Shown one piece after another: positions 1 to 11,170 of a stretch of 64,000 bases of DNA (the stretch's first letter is position 1; every line of letters begins with the position of its first letter). The DNA comes from Phoronis australis (lineage: Eukaryota; Animalia; Phoronida), in the NCBI GenBank assembly GCA_002633005.1, contig NMRA01000290.1:250748-314747 (forward strand), read 5' to 3'. The notes beneath the pieces are model-generated. The model did no database searches. It saw only the letters and a list, made by a program, of their open reading frames with translations, and was not told the origin of the DNA. The translations under genes were made by a program, and so were the position numbers.

Positions 1-2938
1 AGATAAGTAAAATAAAAAATAATAATCTCTGGCAAACATTACGAGCATAGATGATGAACAGTACATGTACATTTCAGTTATGCAAGTGTCTTGTATTTTC
101 ATATTATTGGGCCGCAGGCCTTCAAGTTCAATAAAATTGTTTAGCTCAAGGAAATCATTTCCAATTTTTGGAATAAAATATTCTGAAAGTTAAAGTTGTG
201 AATGTTGTATACAAGTTTAAATTTTCAGAGCAATTTATAATTTTTAATAAGTCTATCATGGAATAAACAAATAGAACACGCTTGGTTTTGTTTTATTTTT
301 TATGAAATTTTATATGTTGGAAATGTTCTCTAATAAACTTTTAAAGGATTTGAATCCATTTCTATGATATGCGATTAACTTATGTTCATCGGTGAGGCGT
401 CGATCAGCTAAAAATGCTACAAATTTAATAGTTGAACAGTACTGTTTTGATGCTACTCTGTTAAGTATATGAACTACCTGTGAAAAGGCTTTCCACAGCC
501 AAGATAGTGCTAGATAAAGAAATACTCCACTCAACCCTGAAAAGTTCATAAAATACCTAATTTGTTGACTGTGTAAATAGTCCAAAGTTGGCCCATTGAA
601 GGCTATCAGCAGGTCTTATCACTACATGTTTTGTATGAGCAGAAACATGTGAATACTCTAGGCTGTGTTTGTAGTCTCCATAGCCAAGGTGGGTTTCCTA
701 CTGTTTGTATTTTTAATGAGGTGTGAAAAATACAATTTTCTGCCTTGTGGTTGGCAAGGCCTTCATGGTTCTGTTGTGATCTTCACAGAAAGGTGAGTCT
801 TGTGACAGAAATTTGGAACTATCCTTTTCTAACAGTCTTTTTTGAACAATTGTCTGAGTGGTATTGTAGCACCTAATGTAACTTGTTGCAGAAGAGAGTC
901 AAATATTGTTGGAAACCTGAAGCAGGTTTTTATCATCTCTGTTTTTGCGTGCTGGTGTTTGTCAAAGTGAGTTTTAGAAGAAGCCTCTGAGTCGGCATAG
1001 ATCAGGTACCCAGTAATATTGAGAAATTGATAGCTACGGGTATGTGTATTTTTAAAAGCCTTGTCATATGCTAGACAACACTAATAGTGGAGCAATATTT
1101 ACACAAAATAGTAACTTATCATAAAATTATAAAATGGCATTAACTAGTTATGTACTTTAATGGTCAGACCATTGTTAAGTGCTAAAGTTTCTCTAAAAGG
1201 CTCCAAAGATTGAGTTTGAAACAAAAAACAAATTTCAGTTGCAGATTATGCATGAAATCACCATTCTTAAAAACAAGTTCTTCAAAGTAATTTCTCGGAT
1301 TGTATTGGTTACTGTGTAAATAAGTGCTCAAACCTCATCATTCTATGATGTATACTTAGATCCTGACTTCACACAGTACTTCAATAGTGTTTACTATTAG
1401 TGTTGCTCTTGGGTAAATATTTAGCTTCAGCTCTCAGACACCAATTTGCATGTGAGACCCTATCAGAAGTGTCTGTCTTAGCATGGTCCAACTCTTTGTT
1501 GCTGAATAAGTTGGAACTACTGTATGTCATTTTTTCTTATTTGGATCAAATGATGTTGAGATGTGGTCAGTATATGTTTCATTTAAAGGTGCATTAAAGC
1601 AATGCTGTGAACTAGTACTAAATTTTGATTTGGACCACTTACCATTAAGAAATTGGTCTCAAATTGTTCCTGAAAGTCAAATGGTTGGTTGTTTAAAGCT
1701 TCGGAAAGAGCTGACAGTTTGTTCTAGTATTTCATACCTGAGGCTCTACAAGTTAGCTTGGCATGCCGTGTGACCTTTTATGCACTGTCTTAAGGAATAA
1801 TGAAGTGTCTTGCAAACCCTGAAATCAATTTCTGTCTGAGTAAGGAACAAGTTGAGACCAATTTTATAACAGTAAGTGATCTAAATCAAAACTACTTCTT
1901 GGACAGAATGTAGCGGGTTTATAGATGTAAGAATTAAATTGACTGTTCACTATTGCTTTGTCACAGCGAGCTAAGTTTCAAACCCAGAAACAGTGTGTGC
2001 TAGTCGGGAACGATGGGCATTTTATTGTAATCAAATTCTGTTCAAACCAAGAGTGAGAATAGTTGCTTTGGAAGAGGGAATGCTAGATTTGTGAAGAAAA
2101 TACTTTATATCAGTCAGAACACCATTTGTGTATTGACGTTGAGGTTATAATTGTTAGGAGAGTACATTAGTCACACGTGGTGTTATAATATGTAATTTTT
2201 GAGATGCTAATTGGGCGAAACATGAGCAGTCTCAATGATGACGCCTGTCTAAGTTCTGATTTGCAACTTGTTGGTTTCGTGTTTTACCTTAAATGTCAAC
2301 CTACCCTTTATTTATTCTTTAACACGTGAAGACAGTCATGGATAAGGTTTTGGTACCTGCCAAATGGGTGATTAAGTTTTTTGTTATGTAAAATTATAGG
2401 ATTACATTGTACCATTTCGCACATTATCGGTTACTGGCTAATAAATCTGTTTCCTAATGTTTTTGTCTGTCCAAGACCGCCTAGGTTGTCATAAAATCCC
2501 CAAGGTTACTTGTAGTTTGTTCAGTCGTTCATAAATATTGGATCTAGCAATGCAGAAAACACAATGGGAAACACTAAATATTTAAGTATTTGCTTGAGGC
2601 ACTGTTTGTATTTGTCAGACTCTTTAACTTCTAAAGAGTTTGATTGGTCTAAAAGCTTTTTGATATAAGTTAGCCATGGCTTTCATTTCTATTATTTCAG
2701 ATCTTGACTCGCTGCCAGTCAATGGAGTATCATTCAGTGTCGTGTCACTTGAAACCTACGTTCCATCAAGCAGAATGAAATGACTTGACTAACATTCAAC
2801 ATGTCATACAGGGAGATTCATATATGTCACAAAGTTGATAGATATTTTGCAGGCAAGAGGAAATCATAATTAAGAATTGTTGAATTTTATTGTGAGATCT
2901 CTGAAGACTGCACATTTGATTGGATTTCAAGAAATAGA

Positions 2939-3262
2939 ATGATGTCGCGTAAACCTAGACCATTAGGATCAGTGCGAAGCAATAGTACTGGAGAGTCGCA
3001 TTTCTCGCGAATCCCTCCCATACATGCAAGCCATGGTGACGACCTGTCGCAGGGAATAATGGGAGCTGCGATGAACGTTCCGCCTCAGAAGGCAGTAAGC
3101 AAATCCGTAGAGAAGCCCACCCCTGTAGCAGCGGTGAAACCAAATCATAAAGCGAAGACAGAGCGGAGTAGTCCAAGGAACAATACCAGACCCAATAGTA
3201 TGGCTCGATCAGACTCGAGTGGCAAATCAGATGAGGACAAGAAGGAGCTCAAAGAGGCAATG
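2939..3262 (+). CDS. Coiled-coil gene, first coding exon (MMSRKPRPLG...KELKEAM)
   Basis: Open frame from ATG 2939 to donor ATG|GTATGT at 3263; raised GC relative to flanks. Confidence 0.85.
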
Positions 3263-6200
3263 GTATGTAGTCATACTTAATGGTATGTAGTCGTACTTAA
3301 TGGTATGTAGTCGTACTTAATGGTATGTAGTCGTACTTAATTGTATGTAGTCATACTCACTGAGTTATTTCCCACTGAAATACTCACCAGACTGACTTTT
3401 CCTTGACCGTCTTGTTTCAAATAATCAAAGTTTGTCCAGGTAATGTTTTATGTCGGCTGATACATCATCTTAATGGTCACAATGAAGAAAATGTTCCTTT
3501 AATTGTTTATTTTTCAAGTTCCGAACAAACTGAAATTTCACTTCTGTGCCATGTTGCATATTTGCAGTAAAACTTTCGGCCAAAACTAATCAATATTCAT
3601 TCTCTTTTTCATTTTTCAAAGGTTGAAGTTGTTAAATAAATATTCATTGTCACTTTATTTGGTTCGTGAAAAAATGAGAAAACAAATATGATCACTTTCC
3701 CGACACATGAAGAGGAGAGATGTGACCAGGATGTGGCAATTATTTATAAGACGTCATGGTGCTTGACTTTTGAAGCATACAGTACAAGACGAAAATTGTC
3801 AGCCAAAATACCTTCCCCCTTCGCCTCATGACTGCTTATTGTCTTAACGGCAAAAATTACTTAGGTGGCAAAATTCTAATAACAATGTCTTAACCACCTT
3901 ATTGACTTTCCTGTTAATTTGCCTTCATTCTTGGTTATGAGGAAGGCTACTCTGATTATGAATTTGGTTTCCACCCGGCCGTCGTGACAAGGAATTCTGG
4001 GACTTTTTGTTGGAAAACTGTTGCCTTGTACTGAAACTGGAAAATGGGATTTTTGATGAGATTTGACAAATGTGGTTGTTTTTGGAAAACCCGGTTTCTG
4101 GACTGATGAATGTGATTCCTTATTAGCCACCTTCTTGTGGCGAACGATCATTAGATTTCAACTATTCTCAACTGCAAACTCAAATCAATTTTGCCTCCCC
4201 CCCAGCTGAGCAAAGTACTGCTGTTGACATGATGGTATGTCATTTTTGGTAAGAGCTTGTTCTGTTTTAAAACACAAAGCTGTCAAGGGAAAAATTGTTC
4301 GTACATTAGTGTATGAACCAACCCCTAGAGAAATGACCATAGGCACTACCTCACATTTCCCAACCAGCAATGGGTTGGGATTACAATCAGCATGCACCAG
4401 AGATGCATGGACTTTTATGACTGGCTCCTTTTGTTTAGGGATTTAGGGAACAGAGATGGGTGTCTGTGATAACTGCTGCTGTGTGGTCATGGCAACATTC
4501 TTCCCCTCCATCTTAGACACCATGGACAATAAATTACAAAATCCGTCATGGCTCTTTCACACTAACGTGGACGTGTCAATATTTTGGGGAGTTGCAGTCA
4601 GTATGAACAGTTAATTTCGGTCTTGGATCGAAATACTGAGCGCCGGTTAACTTCGCAGTAAACAGGTAGATTTAACAGCGGAGTGTCAATGCTGCAGTGC
4701 CGTATGAGCAGTCAACTTCGTTCCCATCAAAGTTATCACCAGAGGGCTACTGTTATCGTCAATTAAAGGGCAGTGTCGTTGTTAATAGTTGCTTATATTT
4801 TCCTTGAATAATATCTAATCAAATTAGTAATAAGTTTTATTTCAATCAGCACATTTAAATGCTCCCAAATTGTCATAGAAAAAAAATGTTAGCGGGCCCC
4901 GCTATGCATCAGTGCTAACTTGCGAATACTTCAATGACAACAGCATCACCTACCACTTACTTCGCTGTCCGTTAGCAACCGAAGCTGGTATGGACGGTTT
5001 AATTAACTTCGCAGTTTGGCTCTGCTCAGACCAGAGTTAAGTCAGTCAGAGAGCAACACAATGGGCGACTCATCACCAGTAATCAGAGTGATCTTAATTA
5101 ATATACCCAAAGAGTGGGGGAGTGCATCTTGTGTAATGGCACCGTGGAGGAGTGCATCTTGTGTAATGGCACCGTGGGGGAGCACATCTTGTGTAATGGC
5201 ACCATGGGGAGGAGTTCATCTTGTGTAATGGCACCATTTTTATTATCTTTCCCATTTTCTAATCTGAAATACAGTTTAGTTTTACTTAAATTTCAAATTG
5301 TGGCATCAATTTGATGCAAAGGGTAATTCTATGGTGGACAATAATAGAAATTCTCCAATCCCCTATTTACTTTTCCCAAAAATAATTGCCAAAATCGTCA
5401 TTTTTCCGTCTTTCAAAGAATAGATTTCATTGCTGCAAACAATGCGACCTTTATCAAATACACACTGTGCAAACCATGCTTATTGTAGAATAAAATTTTC
5501 TTAATCTCTGCTTTTCTGGAGAATTTTGACAAAATAGAATGCCACTTGTCAGCCATATTGCATGCTAAGCAGGGGATGAATTACTGTGTTTTCAAATCAC
5601 CTCAGTTTACCTCATTTGTTTTATTCATTCTACAGGCTAGAGAAAAGCAGCTGAAACAAAAATCGGTGTCTCTGCAGAAAACTATAGAGGAATTGAAAGC
5701 CCAGCTTACAGAGAAAGACAAGAATATAAACAATTTACAGGAACAACTGTCCAGTCAGGTAAGCTATTCATTCTTGACTGCTCGCGGCTGACTGAAGGGC
5801 TTCTCGCCATGCTAGACATCTCAATGTGAAGATCATTCCCAAGTTACTATCTTACCTTTAAGGGAAATTTTAAGTGGCATTCACACAACACTCCAGATAG
5901 GGGGAGCCTCAGTTGACACGGTTCAGCTGCATGTGTAAACAGAAGTTTAACTGGGTGTGACTTGGCATCCCAATGTCATTTTTGTCACATAAAGAATTTG
6001 CTTAGGTGGAGCATGTTACGGTGTTAATTGCAAGCTTAAAAGTGAGGACAGACATGTTTTTGATGAAAGTTAGTTTGAGTGTAGCAGCAAAGATCTTGGT
6101 GAGATTTGTTTATTGAAAGAAAATCAAATCCCAAAGCATTTAGGAAAATTTTAATATGTATTTGCTTTCACATTACTGTATGCCTGAGAGTGCTCAGAGT

Positions 6201-9200
6201 AATAGTTTCATTGTCCTGCTGGTTTCTATTTCTATGTGTGATATGTGCTGTGTAAATGGAAGGTGATACCTGTCAATCTATAGTGTTAATTAACTGTGTC
6301 AAGAGTTATTATGTAAGAGCAGTAGTGGTTAACCTCAAAGTTCCCAGCACTGAATGCAGGGTGTCTAACTGGAAGAAATATCGCAATTATTTATAAATAT
6401 TTGATAAATTTTCAAGCACTGACATTGATGAGATAAATTAATGAATATGGTACTACCATATTCATTAATTTATCTCATCAATGTCTTTCATGTTCTGGCA
6501 TCATTTTCGTTTTATTCCAAGTTTAGCAATTAATTTCTGTACATTAGTGGGACGAAGTTACTTCCTTTTTGGAAACATTTTAAGTATTACATTATTTTAT
6601 TCAAATTCATAAAATATTCCTTTCATGGATATGTGTTTTTGTGTTCAACAATTCATCAGCAGTAAAACTTTCCTATCTCAGTCACAAAATTACACTTCAT
6701 ATTTCCTTCATTAGCATTAGAAATGCTTTAGTAAATAGTTGGCTCGGCGTTACTATTCACTCACAAGGTCCCCCATTTTGAAAAGCAGTGTTTTCTATTG
6801 AATAATGGGCATCTGTGTTTTCGAAGCACGGTACCAATGTAAATGACTATTTCCGACTTCACTACTGTTTTCCACTCATGACATATAAACAGGATGTGCA
6901 TTTCACTGGGGATTATCTTCCTGAAACGGAACTGAGTCTGTGATATTTAGTTTCTGAATATCAATCAGCATCATCAATTCATTCACATTGTAAAGGAAAG
7001 GAAACACTTTTTAAAGGTTATTTAGGACCATATCGAGTCTGCATTCTGCCAGTTATGTACAGAACTATAGAATTTAAATCAAGAAAGTATAAAAAAGCAG
7101 AATGCCAGTAGAATGTGATTTTTTTACTTTATAATAATCTGCCATTGATTTGGTCACATGACCATGTTTTTAGTAGAACTTAGAAAGATGCAATTACAGC
7201 AAAACAATGATACCAGTGACTGGACTAAATTTCATTTGATATAAATGTTTAAGATTTTGTTTTCTACAACTCTTGAGGTCTTACGTAACCTTAACATTAA
7301 TTCATAGTCTCGTTTTTCAGACATCATTTGCTTTTCCATGTCAGGAAAGACCTGTTTCAATCTTTGCAGGAGTTGAAGTACAAAGAGCTTCTAGAAAAGG
7401 AAATCAAAGCTCACAATGAAACTAAAGGAGTATTAAAGCAAACCAATGAAGAACTGGTAGAAAAAACAAATTACATCGAGGAGCTGAAGAAACTTCATGA
7501 GCATAAAATTAGTGACCTCACAGCAGAGGTAGGTAAAGTGTAATATTTACGTTTTGAGGTACGGTACTTCTCACATATTTGGCACTCAATACGGCTGACA
7601 AGTGACATTATACTTCTCCACAAAAACAAACATTTAAAAATATTTTAGTGTATTAGAGGTCATAAAACAACTTTTGGTAAATTTTCTATTATTTGCTGTA
7701 ATGTTATCAGCCTTGGAAAATGGAAGAACGACAATTTTGGCAATTGTTTTTGTGCAAATAAGTGGAAAATTACCGTAGGTTCAAGGTTTTTGAAGCGAGC
7801 CTTTAATTATTTTGCTAAGAGGGGATATATGCAAGTTCCATGATTTTGAGTAAAAGGATTCGAGTTGTGTTGAAAACTGATAAAGCACCCTCTAGATTTG
7901 AATGTCATTGAGAAACGTAGTAAAATTAACATAAACAAAGAGTGAAGTCAATGGCTTCAATCCATTTTGTCAACCAATAAGTTCTTGAAACAGATTTGAT
8001 TTCACACTTTAGCTGCATTTTTTTTCCTGTTTAGCTGGCTAAAAACAAAAATCGAATTAGCCCTTTTACTCTCATGATATCAGTCTCATAATATTCCTTA
8101 CCATGATAGGATTCTATTTCCTCTGGAGAACCCCTGAGGCCAATTATATCCATTGCAAATGGTGGAGTCAAAACGCTATGCTCTGCACCCTGTGGTTTCC
8201 TCTGTAATGCTCTACAGACCATCATATTGTGGAGCCCTGTTGCTGCAAGGTGGGGAGCCTAAGTTATACTTAGTTATCTGCAAGAAATTTGGAATTGAGG
8301 ATCCCATTCGATATTGGGGGCCTGAAGCTTAAGCGGGAATATCTTCACACTTGATATGTCAGTGATGCCACAACAATGTCTTTGAGGTACACACCGTCTT
8401 TCAAGTTGAAATGAGTACCTCCCAGAATGGAATGCTAGCAGCGACTGTAGTGAAATAATTTCTTAATGCAAAACCCACATTTCAGTTTGATAAAAGACTC
8501 GCTGACTCAATAGCAGAGAAAGACAAGGAGATTGCTGCACGGGATGAAAAGATGTCTAAAGTCAAGTTACAGATGGCGGAGGCGTTAAAGGGCAATTCTT
8601 GGTATGATATGATCGTTAATTTGACAAAAAGACAGGAAAAATTTGTCATTTATTTTCGTAAATTTCCATTTTTTAATAAGATATCGGTTCTGGCTGATTT
8701 ACAGTCTTATTTATTTACATTGGTTATTTTTATTGATTATTTTATTAATGTTGTTTTGTCAAAATGAGGTTCACTCAGACAAGTAAACTAAACCAGAAAT
8801 TGAAATTTTCTACAAAAAGCATGTTTGGGATGTCAGCAACAACAGATTACTTGAGTTATATTACACTGTATGTTGCTTAGGGAATGTGCCCCTAGACAAA
8901 CTATTTGAGATTGTGACAAAAAGAATCTATTCAGTTTGATTTCCATCCCTGTCATTGTGGAGTGTTCACTTTTGAAGGCGTTTTTGGTCAGTTTGGCTTA
9001 TTTACTAATGATGAAAGGGTACTATGCATTTTGAACTTTTTATTCATTTTTCATAAAAAAATATATGTATAAGTCAAACTGGAACTGTGAGGCTGTGAGC
9101 AAGTTGCACATTGTAAACGCTGTGTCTGGTTGGCTGAGCTGATGTTCAGTTTTATTATTTTGGTGTCATTGCTCAAATCAAATGGCTAATTGTTAAGTAC

Positions 9201-11170
9201 AGACAGGCATCCACCACTGAGTACAGTTATCAAGAAGGAAAAGTGAGAGAACACAGCTTACTCAGACAGTTGACATTATGTTCACAGCTTACTACCTGCG
9301 CCACTCTTCTCGTTTCAGGAATAATTATTTCTATCAATTTCATTTCGACTCATAGGGTTCAAAATACCTGTAATGTTGAGTAAATTGTGCCAAACCAAGT
9401 CTGTAAAAATGCCTTAAAAGGTAATGTTCCTCTTTATTGCATTGTATCCTTAAAATTCTGCCTGTTCAACCCTTTGTTTCTGTCCCAGGGAGCGTCAACA
9501 GCAATTGGACGAGTTAACTAAGGAGCTTTCGCGGCTTCAAGAAGAATCGGACGCACTCAGGATGAGGTTAAAGGCCAACAAGGCTAAACCAGTAAGTTGG
9601 ATTTGATAATACTGATTTTTCTACCCATGTTCCTGGGCTCCGTGACATCACTGATGTTTTTGTCATTGGGATGTATGAGTTGGTGCAAGATGGCTTTGTG
9701 GGCGAAGTATTCAGATTTTTATTCATTTGTCTTTGGCCAAATGAATAGTGAACGGTATAAAATTTACTCCTGTATTGATATATGACGGGATGGGGCAGAT
9801 GAGAAACAAGCTTTCAGGCTTTTTCTAAACTGTAAATGTACTCTTTTTGTATTTGATGCCATGCAAAGTCAAAAGTGAACCTCTTTTGTTCGTATTTTCT
9901 TTCATTGTATGGAAAAATAAACAATCGTTCTCATTATGTGCTTTCATGCTTGCTGTTGCTGCGGATACATAGAAAATCTGTAATATTACCATCACAGAAT
10001 ATCCTGTTTTGTATCTGTTTTCCTTGATGATGAAAATCACATCTGACAATTTTAATATAGAAAATATCTGATCTTCAGCTTTAGGATGGTTTTGGGTAAG
10101 AAGTAAGAGCACATCAGTATTGCTGCATGTATTTAGCATATATATAATTTTTATTTGATTAGACAGCTCACATCCCAAGCATTATACATCATGCCTTGTT
10201 GGTTATTGCACTTTTTAAGTTCAAAAGATCCTTTTTGTCTTAGAAAATTTGCATTGTGCATCATCCCGAGACTTAGATTTGCAGAAATATTTAGCATAGT
10301 AGTCTCACCTATTGGTTGTCCCTGTGTTGATGAGACTGGCATTTCAAGTTGTAAACCTTTCCAATGGAGAAAATAGGATGCTCTAGAATTCCTGTGAACG
10401 TTTTATATAAGCTATGTTACCCCAGTAATACCAAGATTTGTGTAATACATATTCACTGGCTCCATGAATACTGCTGATGATGAGTCATGTCATTGCTTGT
10501 AAGTTCATTCTTGCTTGGCATGTTTAGACGTCGCAGTTTTGGTGAGTGCGGCAGCTGCTCGCCCTTTGCTGCACCCCAATACCCCCATTATGTATCATTG
10601 TGTACAAAATATTTGTTCAACAGGAAAACAAAATGATTATTTAGAAAATTAGCACCATTTTTGAGATTTCTTCTCGAACATAGAATTTTCCTAATGTGTT
10701 CTTGATTATAAAACCCGGTGTTGTTTTGCTATCATTGTGCCACTCTTTTTTTACTAAATTTTATGAAAAATACTTGGTCATGTGACTTTAAGTAATGGCA
10801 GATTGGTAAAAAGTCAAAAATCAAATCCCAAAGGATTTCTATTTTCGGAAAATCTGTACTTATACCGATTTGATATTTATAGTTTTGTAGCTAGTTGGTT
10901 ATTATCAGAGCAATCAATAAAGTCTATCCATAATCTTAAATACGTCCAAATTTCTCAATTTGTTGTCAATTGCAGGGTAACTGTACAAACTGCCAGGCTC
11001 TTACTCAGAAGTTGGAGTATGCCAACAAAACGATACAAGCCAGAGAGAAAACGGTGAAAGATCTCGAGTCATTGTGCACAAAGTTTCAGAAACAGCTGAG
11101 TCAGCAAGACGAACTGTTGAAGCAGTGGGCACAGTCTAAAGGTCACAAAGTTCTGGTCTTTCCAAAATGA
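2939..11170 (+). CDS. Six-exon gene for an uncharacterised 339-aa coiled-coil protein: join(2939..3262,5636..5758,7370..7528,8486..8601,9489..9591,10976..11170)
   Basis: All introns GT..AG with pyrimidine-rich acceptors; phases 0,0,0,2,0 join into one 1020-nt open frame. Low-complexity S/P/R/K N-terminus, then ~220 aa of E/K/Q/L heptad-rich sequence with a CxxC (CTNC) near the C-terminus. Family not recognised. Confidence 0.88.
3259..3357 (+). repeat. 20-bp minisatellite x5 (AATGGTATGTAGTCRTACTT) spanning a splice donor
   Basis: Units start at 3259, 3279, 3299, 3319 and 3339. Confidence 0.95.
4550..5053. mobile_element. Diverged copy of the 60739 MITE family, opposite orientation
   Basis: 4550-4695 (CTTTCACACTAACGT..GTTAACTTCGCAGTAAACAGG.AGATTTAACAG) is the reverse complement of ~61075-61216. 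Confidence 0.72.
5114..5235 (+). repeat. 30-bp minisatellite x4 (GTGGGGGAGTGCATCTTGTGTAATGGCACC)
   Basis: Units start at 5114, 5144, 5174 and 5204. Confidence 0.95.
5636..5758 (+). CDS. Coiled-coil gene, coding exon 2 (AREKQLKQK...EQLSSQ)
   Basis: Acceptor ttcattctacag|, donor |gtaagc; 123 nt, phase 0/0. Confidence 0.9.
6421..6485. repeat. Perfect palindrome: 32-bp arms, 1-nt spacer
   Basis: GACATTGATGAGATAAATTAATGAATATGGTA-C-TACCATATTCATTAATTTATCTCATCAATGTC. Confidence 0.97.
7370..7528 (+). CDS. Coiled-coil gene, coding exon 3 (ELKYKELLEKE...SDLTAE)
   Basis: Acceptor tctttgcag|, donor |gtaggt; 159 nt, phase 0/0. Confidence 0.9.
8011..8120. repeat. Single-arm copy of the 15997-16416 MITE family
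   Basis: AGCTGCA..GGCTAAAAACAAAAATCGAAT..TACTCTCAT..ATAGGATTCTATTTC aligns with both arms of that MITE. Confidence 0.7.
8486..8601 (+). CDS. Coiled-coil gene, coding exon 4 (FDKRLADS...ALKGNS-W)
   Basis: Acceptor catttcag|, donor TG|gtatga; 116 nt, phase 0/2. Confidence 0.88.
9489..9591 (+). CDS. Coiled-coil gene, coding exon 5 (W-ERQQQLDELTKEL...NKAKP)
   Basis: Acceptor tttctgtcccag|, donor |gtaagt; 103 nt, completes the split TGG codon. Absent from the ORF track. Confidence 0.9.
10976..11170 (+). CDS. Coiled-coil gene, last coding exon (GNCTNCQ...VFPK*)
   Basis: Acceptor aattgcag|; 195 nt ending in TGA. Confidence 0.88.
   Translation, partial: GNCTNCQALTQKLEYANKTIQAREKTVKDLESLCTKFQKQLSQQDELLKQWAQSKGHKVLVFPK

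Noticed and set aside
5016-5314. Cys-repeat ORFs (ECILCNGT)n, or a CRISPR-like array
   Set aside because: A 30-bp minisatellite in an intron with no unique spacers; eukaryotic context and no cas genes.
7370-7528. Naming the coiled-coil gene SPATA24 from the EKEIKAHNETK motif
   Set aside because: A short generic coiled-coil resemblance; the rest does not match what I recall, so no symbol is given.
8031-8225. Similar ORF peptides at 8031-8225 (-) and 16200-16388 (+) (IESY...YYETD.MR..G.IRF)
   Set aside because: Both are translations of the same non-coding MITE arm, not paralogous genes.
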